This document shows, piece after piece, positions 1-10,286 of a stretch of DNA of 56,593 bases. Position 1 is the stretch's first letter; each line of letters starts with the position of its first letter. Made by a program: the position numbers and the translations under genes. The notes beneath the pieces are model-generated. The model did not search any database, was not told the DNA's origin, and saw only the letters and a list, made by a program, of their open reading frames with translations. The DNA comes from Halobacteriales archaeon QS_8_65_32 (lineage in GTDB: Archaea > Halobacteriota > Halobacteria > Halobacteriales > Halococcaceae): NCBI GenBank assembly GCA_003022925.1, contig PXRY01000100.1, positions 28,111 through 84,703 of the forward strand. The letters run 5' to 3'.

Positions 1-180
1 AAGGTCCCGCTTGCAGCAAAAACGCTCCGCGTTTTTGCCACATTCACGAGAACTCCGTTCTCGTGAGTAAATTGGGAACTCTTCGAGTTCCCATTACATC
101 ACAAAGGACGCTTCGCGTCTTTCGAACGACAGCGAGCCCCCAAGCCGAGCGTGTCGGGGGCTTCCGAAACGGTCTCGGCG
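1..180 (-). repeat. Modular hairpin intergenic element, family E, copy E1 (cut by window start)
   Basis: String of hairpins (GCAAAAACGC-TCC-GCGTTTTTGC, CACGAGAAC-TCC-GTTCTCGTG, GGGAACTC-TTC-GAGTTCCC) ending in the family terminus GGGGGCTTCCGAAACGGTCTCGGC, shared with the copies at 5836, 32377, 38494, 42870 and 51744. Confidence 0.8.
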
Positions 181-298
181 GTTCTTCCTCTGAAAGCTGC
201 TACACGAAATGCGACCGCCTCGGTCCTTCGGCGACTTCGACCCCGACGCCTCGTGGGGAAGCCGCGGGAGTTTTGCTCCGCCCGGACCTACCCCGAGT

Positions 299-784
299 AT
301 GTCGACGTACGAACGCGAGACTCGCGTCGCGGCTCCCCTGCCGGAGGTATGGGACTTTCACTCGCGGATCACCGGCTTAGAAGCGCTCACGCCCGACTGG
401 ATGAACCTGTTCGTCGAGGAGATCAGGGGGCCCGACGGCGAGTTCGACCCCGGAATCTTAGAGGCGGGTTCGGAGATCGACCTCGCGATGCGTCCATTAG
501 GTATCGGCCCGCGCCAGGAGTGGACGACCCGGATCGTCGAACGCGAGGAAAGCGAGGGAGCCGCCTTCTTCCGCGATACGATGGAGAACGGCCCTTTCGC
601 CCGCTGGGTTCACTCCCATTACTTCTACGCCGACGGGAACGGAACGAGGATCCGCGATCGCGTCGAGTATCGACTGCCCGGCGGCGAACTCGGCCGGGTG
701 GCCGGCCCCTTCGCGGTCGTCGGGTTCGAGCCGATGTTTCGCTACCGCCACCGCGAGGCCGAGCGGCTGTTCGGCGGTCGCTGA
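299..784 (+). CDS. SRPBCC (START-like) family protein
   Basis: MSTYERETRVAAPLPEVWDFHS...GPFARWVHSHYF...TRIRDRVEY; ATG at 299 within ORF 209..784. Confidence 0.85.
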   Translation: MSTYERETRVAAPLPEVWDFHSRITGLEALTPDWMNLFVEEIRGPDGEFDPGILEAGSEIDLAMRPLGIGPRQEWTTRIVEREESEGAAFFRDTMENGPFARWVHSHYFYADGNGTRIRDRVEYRLPGGELGRVAGPFAVVGFEPMFRYRHREAERLFGGR

Positions 785-880
785 CTGTCGTATTCGGAAG
801 ATGTCCACGGACCGATCGCCGTCAGGTGACGTGGGTATTGGTACCACGGTTGTATGCATCGACGCGATAGGAGACGGCGT

Positions 881-1434
881 ATGACTGACGTTGTCGTCGG
901 CGGCGGCCCCGCCGGCCTCAGCGCCGCGTTGTTCACCGCGAAGAACGAACTCAGTACAACGGTGTTCGACACCGACGAGACCTGGATGCACAAAGCCCAT
1001 CTCTGGAACTACTCGGGTATCGAGAGCCAGGACGGAACCGCCTTCACCGAGGCGTCCCGGAACAGGCCGACAGCTTCGGGACCGATCGCTGCCAGGGCGA
1101 GGCAGTCACCGAAGTCACCGAGAACGGCGAGGGCTTTCTCGTGGGTACCGACGAGGGCGAGTACGAAGCGCCCTACGTAGTTCTCGCGACCGGCGCGGAT
1201 CGATCGATCGCGGAGAACCTGGGGTGTGAGACGACCGATGATGGGGTCGTGGACGTCGGCGTAACGATGAAGACCTCCGTTCCGAACGCCTACGCTACGG
1301 GCGCGATGGTCCGCGCCGAGGAGTGGCAGGCCGTGATCTCGGCGGGCGACGGCGCTGCGGCGGCGCTCAACGTCCTCACCAAGGAAAGAGGCGAGCACTT
1401 CCACGACTTCGACGTGCCCGCCGACGCCGAGTAA
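881..1434 (+). pseudogene. Thioredoxin-reductase-like NAD(P)/FAD oxidoreductase, frameshifted
   Basis: VVGGGPAGLSAA in one frame, VVLATG...TSVPNAYATG...QAVISAGDG in another; restoring one base near 1058-1061 (CGG GAA CAG) joins them. Confidence 0.75.
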
Positions 1435-1617
1435 TCGGTCGGGTCGTCGACCACCCACCACGACCGGTGGCAACCACCGCAACCGGTGGTCCACCACAAT
1501 CGGTAAGCGCCTACCTGCGCGAGTACAACGGGAACCAATGACCGGCCCGAAGCGGACGACCCACCGCACCGACGGCGAGGACCACGCCCGCGGCGCGGTT
1601 CGCGGGAGCGCGATTCC

Positions 1618-2637
1618 GTGAGCGAACGCGGGTCCGACACGTCGAGCGCGGCAACCGGCACCGGTGGCCGTCTCGACGCCCTCGTTACCCGGTTCGAAGC
1701 GCGGACGCCGCCGCTAGCGGCGCTCGCCGTTGCCGTGATCGCGGTGAGCACGAGTGCAATCCTCGTTCGCTGGAGCGCGGCTCCGAGCCTCGTGAACGCC
1801 CTCTATCGGGTGGTCTTCACCATTGCGTTGCTCGGCCCGTTCGCACTCTCGCGCGGCCGCGGGGGCGTGCGGTCGCTGTCGGGCCGCGATCTTCTCATGG
1901 CCGGGCTGGCGGGCGTCGCGCTCGCGATTCACTTCGCCAGCTGGTTCGAGAGCCTGTCGTGGACGAGTGTCGCCGCTTCGGTCACCTTGGTCCAAGCCCA
2001 GCCGTTGTTCGTCGTGTTAGGCGCGGCCCTGTTGCTCGACGAGCGCGTGACGCGACGGATGGACCTCGGTATTGGCGTCGCCCTCTGTGGCATGGCGGTC
2101 ATGTCGCTCGGCGATCTCGTTACCGGGGCAACGGTCGCGGGCGCGCGGCCGCTCTACGGTAATGCGCTCGCGATCGTCGGCGCGATCACCGCCGCGGCGT
2201 ACGTGCTCGCCGGCCGGGCGGTGCGCCAGCGCGTCTCCCTGCTTCCCTACGTCGTCGTGGTCTATACGGCGTGTGCCGCGACGCTACTGGTACTCGCACT
2301 CGCTCGGGGCGCGGCGCTTTTCGCCTACCCGCCTCGCGAGTGGCTACTCTTCGTCGGCATGGCGGTCGGTCCGGGTATCTTCGGCCACACCGTTATTAAC
2401 TGGGCGCTCGCCCATGTCGAATCGAGCGTCGTGAGCGTTTCTTTATTGGGTGAACCCGTCGGGAGCACGCTGCTTGCCTTGTTGTTGCTTGCGGAGGTCC
2501 CGACCCCAATAACGGTGCTCGGCGGTGCGGTCGTCCTCGCCGGGATCTACGCGACCGCGAGCGCCCGGTCGACTGCTGATTCCGGCCCAGGGCAGCGACT
2601 GGTTGACAGTGCCGGCACCGATGCCGATGAGGCGTGA
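1618..2637 (+). CDS. DMT/EamA family transporter
   Basis: About 10 hydrophobic segments; HFASWFESL.WTSVAAS and GPGIFGHTVINWAL motifs. Confidence 0.9.
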   Translation: MSERGSDTSSAATGTGGRLDALVTRFEARTPPLAALAVAVIAVSTSAILVRWSAAPSLVNALYRVVFTIALLGPFALSRGRGGVRSLSGRDLLMAGLAGVALAIHFASWFESLSWTSVAASVTLVQAQPLFVVLGAALLLDERVTRRMDLGIGVALCGMAVMSLGDLVTGATVAGARPLYGNALAIVGAITAAAYVLAGRAVRQRVSLLPYVVVVYTACAATLLVLALARGAALFAYPPREWLLFVGMAVGPGIFGHTVINWALAHVESSVVSVSLLGEPVGSTLLALLLLAEVPTPITVLGGAVVLAGIYATASARSTADSGPGQRLVDSAGTDADEA

Positions 2638-2695
2638 GCTACCCTCGTACCCCAGTGCTGATCGGGCAGCGACGAATCGGCTCCCTTTCGTGCTG

Positions 2696-2866
2696 GAACG
2701 GCGGCATCCGCGAGCGAATGAAATGAGCGAGCGGTTCACCGCGACTGAGCGAGTGGTGCGAGCGGGGGAGCGGGCCGACGAGAAACCAACGGGAACGAGG
2801 AGTGCTTTCGATGAACGTTTTGCCAAGCGGGCCGCGTCAGCGGCGAGCGCAGTGCAAAACGTTCAT
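2696..2866. repeat. Dispersed intergenic repeat family F, copy F1
   Basis: GCATCCGCGAGCG...GAGCGGTTCACCGCGACTGAGCGA plus inverted repeat ATGAACGTTTTGC...GCAAAACGTTCAT overlapping the valS stop codon. Confidence 0.65.
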
Positions 2867-5649
2867 GGGAAGACGAGTACGGTCGCGGGCTCGGTTTCGA
2901 GCACGGCGACCTCCTCGCCGTCAGCGCGTGGCTCCTCGCGCACGTCGAGCGCCGCGGCGTCGAGCACGACCACCTCGCCGTTCGCGTCGAGTTCGATCTC
3001 CCCCGTTCGTTCGACCTGGCGCTTGATCTCGGCCGGGTCGGCGTCCTCCAACGCGCCGATCACCGCGCCCGCCTGGTCGCGGAACTCGGGGCCGATCACG
3101 CTGTGATCCGGTTCGATGCCGACGGGCACGAGCGTCACGTCCGGCCGGCCGGCCTCGACGTAGATCGGCGCGCCGACGGTCTCGCTCAGATCGTAGCTGT
3201 CGACCCCTTCGACCGCCTCGGCGTTCTCGGGGTAGATCTCGATCCGTTCCACGTCGGCGTTGAGCGCGCGGCCGGTCTCGGATTTCCACGCGCGAACCTC
3301 GCTCGCGACCGCGGCGAGCAGTTCGCCGCGGGCTTCTGCCCCCTCGTCGCGCTCGTCGATCGCGGGCCAGGCGGCGGCGTGAACGCTGCCTTCCGTTGTC
3401 GGTAGGTGGCTGTAGGCTTCCTCGGTCACGAAGGGTGCAAACGGCGCGAGCATCGCGAGCGACGCTTCCAATACCGTAGCGAGTGCCTGCCGGGCGGCGT
3501 CGCGCTCGCCGGGCCGGCCTTCGTAGAGCCGTCCCTTGACGAGTTCGACGTAGTCGTCGGCCAGGTCGTGCCAGACGAACTCCCGAACGGTGCGCAGCGC
3601 CCGATCGAATCGGTAGGCGTCCATGTCCGCCGCGACCTCCTCCGCGACTTGCGAGCACCGCGACAGGATCCACCGGTCAGCGTCCCGGTAGGCCGGTTCC
3701 TCGACCGCGAGGTCGCCTTCCAGATGGCCCGCGGCGAACCGGGTGATGTTCCAGACCTTCGTCATGAACCGGGAGGCACTCGTCACTTCTTTCGGTTGGA
3801 ACTGGATATCGCTGCCCGGCTGTCCTCCCAAGGCGATCGCCTGGCGGAAGGCGTCCGCGGAGTGTTCGGAAACGACTTCCTCGGGCTGGACGAAGTTGTC
3901 CCGGGATTTCGACATCTTGTTGCCGTCCTCGCCGAAGACCATCCCGTGGATCAGCGCTTCCTTCCAGGGGATTTCGTCTTCGAGCGCCGCGGTTCGCAGC
4001 AGGGTATAGAACGCCCACGTCCGGATGATATCGTGGCCCTGTGGCCGTAGCGAGACCGGTTCGAAGCTCTCGTCGGGCCACCCGCTGACGAAAAGCGGCG
4101 AGATCGACGAGTCCATCCACGTGTCCATAACGTCGGTCTCGCCCTCCCAGTCACTCGCCCCGCAGTCCGGGCAGTCCCCGATGGCGGGCTCGTCGTCGGT
4201 CGGTTCGACCGGCAGTTCTTCGATGTTCGCGACGTGGCCGTGCCCACACTCCGAACAGAACCAGGCGGGGATCGGCGTTGCGAACACGCGCTGACGCGAG
4301 ATCACCCAGTCCCACACCATCCCTTCCGCCCAGTCCTCCAAGCGCCCGTAGGCGTGATCGGGAATCCAGTCGACTCCCTTCGCTTTCTCCAGGACCGCCT
4401 CGGAATCGACGCGGACGAACCACTGTTCCTTGCTCAGGATCTCGATCGGCGTGTCACATCGCCAGCAAGCCCCGACGGATTGTTCGGTCGGTTCCTCGTT
4501 GTCGAGATAGCTGGCCTTTTGCAGTTCGGTGGCGATCCGTTCTTTCGCAATCCCGATCTCCTCGCCGGCAAAGTCGCCCGCGGCGTCGGTCAAGCGGCCG
4601 TCCTCGGTAAGGACCTGCCGCAGCGGGAGGTCGTAGGTCTGCCACCAGGTCACGTCCTGTTTATCGCCGAACGTACAGATCATCACCGCGCCGGAACCGA
4701 ACTCGGGATCGACGTCGCTATCGGCGATCAGTGAAACCTCCTGGCCGAACAGCGGCACTTCGAAGGTCTCGCCCGCCCGTCCGTCGTAGCGCTCGTCGTC
4801 GGGATGGACGGCGATCGCGACACACGCCGCTAACAGTTCTGGCCGGGTCGTTGCGATCTCGATGTCGCCATTGTCGCCGTTCTCTGCGCTGCCGTGGTCC
4901 TCGTCGTTCTCGGTGTCGCCGCTTTCGGCGTCGTCGCCGTCGGCGGGTTCGTCTTTCGCTCCGGGGAACCGAACGTAGTACAGCGCCCCGCCACGATCGA
5001 TCGTCTCGACTTCGGCGTCGGCGATCGCGGTCTCACAGCGCGGACACCAGTTGACGGGATGTTCGTCGCGGTAGACGTACTCGCCGTCGTGCATTTCGAC
5101 GAACGATTGCTGGGTTCGGCCCCAGTAGTCCGGATCCATCGTCCGGAACTCCGCCGACCAGTCCTGCGAGAGGCCCAGTCCTCTCATGGTCTCTTTCATC
5201 GAGTCGATCTGGGTTTCGGTATGGGAGATGCACCACTCGCGGAACTGCTCGCGCGAGACGTCGGTCCGGTGGACGTCCTGGTTTTCCTCGACTTTGACTT
5301 CGGTCGGGAGGCCGTGACAGTCCCAGCCCTGGGGGAACAGGACGTTTTCGCCCCGAAGGCGGCGATACCGGGCGGCGAAGTCCATATAACACCACCCAAG
5401 GGCGTTGCCGATGTGAAAGTCCCCGGTCGGGTACGGCGGGGGCGTGTCGATCACGTACTCCGGCCGATCGGCATCAGCCTCGTCACCGTCGGTGTCGTCG
5501 GTACTGTCGATCTCATCGGTGTCGGTCGTATCGTCGGTTTCGGTACCGTCTGTGGCTTGTTCGTACTGGTAGAGATCGCTATCGGCCCACCGGTTGCGCC
5601 ACTTCGATTCTGCCTCGTCGGGATCGTAGCTGTCTGGAATCTCGCTCAT
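2863..5649 (-). CDS. valS: Valine--tRNA ligase
   Basis: [13 protein letters not shown] (HIGH-like), [18 protein letters not shown] and KMSKS motifs. Confidence 0.97.
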   Translation of the reverse strand: MSEIPDSYDPDEAESKWRNRWADSDLYQYEQATDGTETDDTTDTDEIDSTDDTDGDEADADRPEYVIDTPPPYPTGDFHIGNALGWCYMDFAARYRRLRGENVLFPQGWDCHGLPTEVKVEENQDVHRTDVSREQFREWCISHTETQIDSMKETMRGLGLSQDWSAEFRTMDPDYWGRTQQSFVEMHDGEYVYRDEHPVNWCPRCETAIADAEVETIDRGGALYYVRFPGAKDEPADGDDAESGDTENDEDHGSAENGDNGDIEIATTRPELLAACVAIAVHPDDERYDGRAGETFEVPLFGQEVSLIADSDVDPEFGSGAVMICTFGDKQDVTWWQTYDLPLRQVLTEDGRLTDAAGDFAGEEIGIAKERIATELQKASYLDNEEPTEQSVGACWRCDTPIEILSKEQWFVRVDSEAVLEKAKGVDWIPDHAYGRLEDWAEGMVWDWVISRQRVFATPIPAWFCSECGHGHVANIEELPVEPTDDEPAIGDCPDCGASDWEGETDVMDTWMDSSISPLFVSGWPDESFEPVSLRPQGHDIIRTWAFYTLLRTAALEDEIPWKEALIHGMVFGEDGNKMSKSRDNFVQPEEVVSEHSADAFRQAIALGGQPGSDIQFQPKEVTSASRFMTKVWNITRFAAGHLEGDLAVEEPAYRDADRWILSRCSQVAEEVAADMDAYRFDRALRTVREFVWHDLADDYVELVKGRLYEGRPGERDAARQALATVLEASLAMLAPFAPFVTEEAYSHLPTTEGSVHAAAWPAIDERDEGAEARGELLAAVASEVRAWKSETGRALNADVERIEIYPENAEAVEGVDSYDLSETVGAPIYVEAGRPDVTLVPVGIEPDHSVIGPEFRDQAGAVIGALEDADPAEIKRQVERTGEIELDANGEVVVLDAAALDVREEPRADGEEVAVLETEPATVLVFP

Positions 5650-5835
5650 CTGAATGTTCGTCGGTGCGGAGTCGTCGCTGTCGGTCGTCGATACGACGCG
5701 TCGAAAACGGTGACGCGGCTACGGACGTACTACCGCGGGTGCGACGCGCATATCGATACGAGACCGTCGGTGCTGATAAAACTTGGCGGTCGCAGCCCAG
5801 TAGTGTTCGATGCAACAGTTTTCGAGAAGGGGGCC

Positions 5836-6153
5836 GCCGAGACCGTCTCGGAAGCCCCCGGACGCTCGACTCGGGGGGCTCGCTGCGCGCCTCGTCTCAC
5901 TCGCTGTGCTCGTTCGCCTGTCGTTCGAAAATCGAAGATTTTCGTGATGACAAGAGACGCTTCGCGTCTCTTGAACTACGGTGCTTACGTCGCCCGCCGT
6001 CGTCGAGCGGGAGGTCGGCTCCGCCGACCTCGGAATCCGTGGTCGTTCGAGAGAGCGGAACTCTCTCGTGATGAACGAAAGACGCCGGAGGCGTCTTTCG
6101 AACCACGGCGAAGCCACCACGCGCCCGGCCACTTCCAGTCCCACCCGAAACGG
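5836..6153 (+). repeat. Modular hairpin intergenic element, family E, copy E2
   Basis: Starts GCCGAGACCGTCTCGGAAGCCCCCGG, ends CTTCCAGTCCCACCCGAAACGG; contains two GTCGTTCG-hairpin-TGATGA-hairpin-GAAC cassettes at 5920 and 6042. Confidence 0.85.
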
Positions 6154-6230
6154 TATGCGACGGTCTTGGCTGCGTACTTGAACACCGCTGGTGAGTCCGG
6201 TGTCGGTGGCGATCGACCTGCAACCGTCGA

Positions 6231-8204
6231 CTACCCTTCGCCGCGGTCGGCGCGGTGCTCGCTGATCAGTCGATCGACCATCGACTCGCGACGGTCCTGG
6301 CGTCGCCGTTCGGCGCGTTCTTCCCACTCGTCGATCACCGTCTCGGTCTCGCGCTCGCGGGCAACGGCGAGTTCGTCGACCTCCTGGATCGTCACGTCCT
6401 CGGCGGGCCCGATCGGAACGTCGTGCTCGAACAGTTCCTCGTCGGAGACCCGCGAGAGCCCGCCGGTCGCAAGTACTACCTGGGGGTCGATCTCCGCGAG
6501 GCGTGCAGCGGCCTCCCGGCCGGCACCCGACGCGTCGCGTAGGAACACGACATCGCCCGCCGCGAGCCCGAAGCGTTCCTCGGCGTCGCGGATGGCAGAG
6601 ACGGTGAACTTCTCGACCGGTTTGACGGGCACGAGTCCGGCCTTCTCTTCGGCAACATCTGCAAAGTTCGAGTGATCGAGCCGCCAGAGCGCCTTTAGCC
6701 GGTCGAGTTTGTCTTCGAGCGCCGCGACATCGTTGGCTTCCGCATCACGTTCGCGTTCGAGCCGGCGGTTCTCGCGCTGGAGGCGGGCGACCTCGCGGCG
6801 CTCGCGGGCCTCCCGGCGTTCCTCCCGGCGCGCCTCGGAGAGTTCGTCCTCGGTCTCCTCGATCCGTTCGTCCTTGTCCTCGATAGTCGCTTCGAGATCC
6901 GAAGCGTACGCTTCGAGACGTTCGACCCGCGATTCGAGGCGTTTGATCTCCTCTTCTTCGGCCGAGAGTTCGCGCGGTTCGGGGCCTTTCTCCTCGGATT
7001 CGTCCTCGTCGGTCTCGGTCAGATCGCGGAGGACGGCCTCGACCGATTCCTCGCCGGCGATCACCCGGGCGATCACCTCGCCGCGATCGAGCCTGGGGGG
7101 TACCTTCTGCGTGATCCGCTCGAAGCGCTCGGTGTGCTCGTCAAAGGCGAACAGCGTGGCGGCCATCGCGTCGCGCTCGTGGTCGTTGTCGTAGCCCTCC
7201 TCTCGGGTCCGGTGTTGTTTCTCGTCGATCGGCAGGTCGCTTTCGGGAGTCCACCCGGCGGCGGCGAGGCTCCGGCGGATCTTCTCGACAGTAGAGGGCA
7301 TCGGCGTCACGTCCGCCGCCACGACGACCGGGCGGCCCCGACCGATGATCCACTCGATGACTTCTGCGGTGTCAGCCGTTCGCGTGTGCATGACGTCCAA
7401 CACCTCGCCGTCCAGATCGCAGATCGCGACGGCGGTGGTGGTGCCCGGGTCGATCCCGACGAGAACGTGATCGCGGCGTTTCGCGAGCGGCGCGAAGGTA
7501 ATGCCGTCGCGCTGGATCGACTCGACCTCGACGCGAACGTCGCCCGATCGGGCCGCCGAGACCGGGACGTCCGCCTTCGGGGCTTTGACCTCGAAGACGG
7601 CGTTCGCGTAGCCGCCATACTTCTCGGTGGCGTCTGTCTCGTAGTCCAGTCGAGCGTCGTCGAGCGCGGACTGGACCTCGCGGGCCTGGTGGCGAACCGC
7701 GCCGTGGATGCGTCGGGTGTACCGGTCCGCGGACCAGCCGCCCTTGCCCGTCGATCGGCCCCGCGAGACCTTTACTTTCGTTCGGTCGGTAAACGCCGAA
7801 ACTTCCTGGCCGACGTTCGCGGCGGCGAGGCGGGCGGCGGCTTCGGCTTCTTTCATGGGCTTTTTGTCGTAGGGCACGCCGTGGCGGGAGGCGACTCGCG
7901 AGAGGGATTCGGGCTGTTCGGCACCGGTTACCTGCACGAGTTTCGTCCCGTCGGGCAACCCCCGCAGGAGGTGGACGAGGGCGTCCTTGTCGGCCGCCAG
8001 TTCGTAGACGTTGTCGATGGCGACGATCCCAGGGGTCTCCCGGTCGATCAGCCGAAGCAGCTTCCGGCGGGAGACGACGTCGCGATCGATGTGCTCGCCG
8101 TCGAAGGCGACGACCGCATAGGAGGGGTTGTTCCCGCGAACGTCCCCGCTTTGAACGTCGACGCCGAAGACCAGCGTATCCAGAGCACGTGGGCGAGAAC
8201 TCAC
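6231..8204 (-). CDS. DUF460 domain protein (RNase H-like folds plus long coiled coil)
   Basis: VFGVDVQSGD, LVGIDPGTTTAVA, NDHERDA and a long E/R coiled coil; GTG start at 8204 inferred. Confidence 0.85.
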   Translation of the reverse strand: MSSRPRALDTLVFGVDVQSGDVRGNNPSYAVVAFDGEHIDRDVVSRRKLLRLIDRETPGIVAIDNVYELAADKDALVHLLRGLPDGTKLVQVTGAEQPESLSRVASRHGVPYDKKPMKEAEAAARLAAANVGQEVSAFTDRTKVKVSRGRSTGKGGWSADRYTRRIHGAVRHQAREVQSALDDARLDYETDATEKYGGYANAVFEVKAPKADVPVSAARSGDVRVEVESIQRDGITFAPLAKRRDHVLVGIDPGTTTAVAICDLDGEVLDVMHTRTADTAEVIEWIIGRGRPVVVAADVTPMPSTVEKIRRSLAAAGWTPESDLPIDEKQHRTREEGYDNDHERDAMAATLFAFDEHTERFERITQKVPPRLDRGEVIARVIAGEESVEAVLRDLTETDEDESEEKGPEPRELSAEEEEIKRLESRVERLEAYASDLEATIEDKDERIEETEDELSEARREERREARERREVARLQRENRRLERERDAEANDVAALEDKLDRLKALWRLDHSNFADVAEEKAGLVPVKPVEKFTVSAIRDAEERFGLAAGDVVFLRDASGAGREAAARLAEIDPQVVLATGGLSRVSDEELFEHDVPIGPAEDVTIQEVDELAVARERETETVIDEWEERAERRRQDRRESMVDRLISEHRADRGEG

Positions 8205-8468
8205 GGACAGGAGTACGAGCGAGGGAAGTATAAATTCGGTGGGGGCGGGACCAATCGACCGGAGGTCGATCGTGGTTCTCGGCACGAACGGGATAACAGC
8301 CGTTTCGTTTCGAGCGCAATGTCACGATGTTTATGCCGCTCGGGTAATACCGGTAGGACGAGAGCATCCGAACGCCATGTGGACCGAACGCACGATCGAA
8401 CCGGCAGTGACGAACTACAGAGGGTCGAACCGGCGGCCGAACGCCGACCGACGCCACGATGGGGGCGA

Positions 8469-10058
8469 ATGAGCTGCGCTCGTCCCGGCTCCGATCGGAG
8501 CCGGGGACGGTCGGCGGTCCTCGCGCTCGTCGTAGCCGCCCTCATCGTCGCACCGGTGGGGCTGTCCCTCGCAAGCACGCCGGCGAGCGCCCAGCAGGCC
8601 GGCGGGGAAAACGGGGAGGGAACAACCGACATCGTCGTCCGCCAGGGCGGGCAGTGCTACCCGGTCGAATCCTTCGGCAACGGCACTACCTCGGTACAGG
8701 AGTTCTATAGCTATCGGAACCCCGTCAGCGAACCGACGGGATGGTACTCCGCGTACGGGGAGCTAGCGGATCTCCTCCGCGAGGATACGAGCCAGGTCCT
8801 GCTCTACAACGGCTCGAACGGCCTCTCGCTCGTGTTCGTTAACGACGGCGTATCGACGGTGAACGGAAGCGGCGGAACGGCCACAATCGACGTGACCGGC
8901 CTGCCCGCCGACGGCAACTGGTCGGTGCAGGACGACGACTACCCCGGCCAGGACGACGTCTTCGACGTCGGCGGCTCGTCGGCGCACGTCGAGTGGGTCT
9001 GGAACGAGGGCAACCGCTCGGACGGGGCGGCCTTCGTCGGTCTCGGCGGAAGCGACTGGGAGGAGATCACCGTCAGACCGCGATTCAACGAGGCCTCGCC
9101 GCGCTATCCCTCCGAGAAGTGGGACGGCCCGCCCGAATCGAACCAAGTCGAACGCTGGGTCGTCCGCAGCGCGAACGAAAGCGCCAGCGCAACGGCGACG
9201 AACACTACGGACACTACCAACGGAACGAACGCCACCACGAACCGGAGCGTAACGACGGACACCGACGCGAACGCGACCGACGGGAACGGAAGCGCAACTC
9301 CGAACGCTACTGTGTCGGCGAGCGCCACCACAGAGGCGAACACGACCGACGGGAACGAAACGCGGAGCGCGAACGGGACGGCACCGGACGCTGGCGGGAC
9401 GAACGGAACGGTGTACGAACTGAACATGAGCGAGCCGATCACCGTCGCCCGCGGTCCCTGTGACGACGAGCCGCCGGCCGCCGCGCTCACGGCGAGTTCA
9501 CAGAATCCGACCCTCGGGGCCGAGGTAACGCTCGACGCGAACGGATCGACCGACAACGATGCCATCGCCGCCTACCGCTGGGATCTGAACGGTGATGGTA
9601 CCGTCGAGACCGTCACGAACGGATCGTCGCTCACCGCCACGTACAATCAGTCGGGGTCCTACGACGCTCGAGTCACCGTCATCGACCACGCGAACAACAC
9701 TGCGAACGCCTCCGTCTCGCTCCAGGTCGAAGAAGAGACGACTACGACGACCACTACCACGACACCCACGACGACCGCGACGTCAACGAACGCGCCGACG
9801 ACGGCTACGAACGGGGGAACGACCGACACGCCGACGACCGCTGGCGGCAGCGGTGGGACGACCGACGCCGCAGCACCGACCACGGAGGGCGAGTCGGGCG
9901 GCGACCCGACCGGCGGGTCGGACATCCGTCGGGAGGTCGAACGTACCGTCGATCGCGTCTCGAAGAGCCTGAGCGGAATGGACGACGCGAGCCTCGTCGG
10001 CCTCGGGGTGCTCGCGGTCGCCCTCGTGGTTATCGGGCTCGTCGTGTTCCGCCGCTGA
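8469..10058 (+). CDS. Secreted, membrane-anchored PKD-domain surface glycoprotein
   Basis: Signal-like hydrophobic segment ending PASA, many N-x-S/T sequons, PKD motif LDANGSTD..IAAYRWDLNGDG..Y..SGSY..RVTVID, Thr-rich linker, C-terminal TM plus RR. Confidence 0.8.
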   Translation: MSCARPGSDRSRGRSAVLALVVAALIVAPVGLSLASTPASAQQAGGENGEGTTDIVVRQGGQCYPVESFGNGTTSVQEFYSYRNPVSEPTGWYSAYGELADLLREDTSQVLLYNGSNGLSLVFVNDGVSTVNGSGGTATIDVTGLPADGNWSVQDDDYPGQDDVFDVGGSSAHVEWVWNEGNRSDGAAFVGLGGSDWEEITVRPRFNEASPRYPSEKWDGPPESNQVERWVVRSANESASATATNTTDTTNGTNATTNRSVTTDTDANATDGNGSATPNATVSASATTEANTTDGNETRSANGTAPDAGGTNGTVYELNMSEPITVARGPCDDEPPAAALTASSQNPTLGAEVTLDANGSTDNDAIAAYRWDLNGDGTVETVTNGSSLTATYNQSGSYDARVTVIDHANNTANASVSLQVEEETTTTTTTTTPTTTATSTNAPTTATNGGTTDTPTTAGGSGGTTDAAAPTTEGESGGDPTGGSDIRREVERTVDRVSKSLSGMDDASLVGLGVLAVALVVIGLVVFRR

Positions 10059-10286
10059 CCGATCGGCCTACTGGACCCGCAGGAACTCCGCGGCGCGATC
10101 CCGACGGCCGCTCGGCGGTCGACGGGCTGGCGCGGGAGGCTGGCGTCTCGGTTCGTGACGGAGGCCGGGATTGAAGGGGAGATCGAAGCCGCGTTCTCGT
10201 TTCCGAGCGCCAGCTATTAAACTCGGACGGCGGACGTCAGTTGCCGAGCGCACGGTGGCGGGTAACGGGCGACTGACGACCGACGG

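Noticed and set aside
4894..6675. Long plus-strand ORF (593 aa) and similar long antisense ORFs throughout
   Set aside because: Shadow ORFs of real high-GC genes; Arg/Ser/Val-rich rather than acidic
7134..8468. N-terminal 445 aa of the 974-aa ORF
   Set aside because: Largely antisense to the DUF460 gene; the credible protein starts near 8469 with a signal peptide
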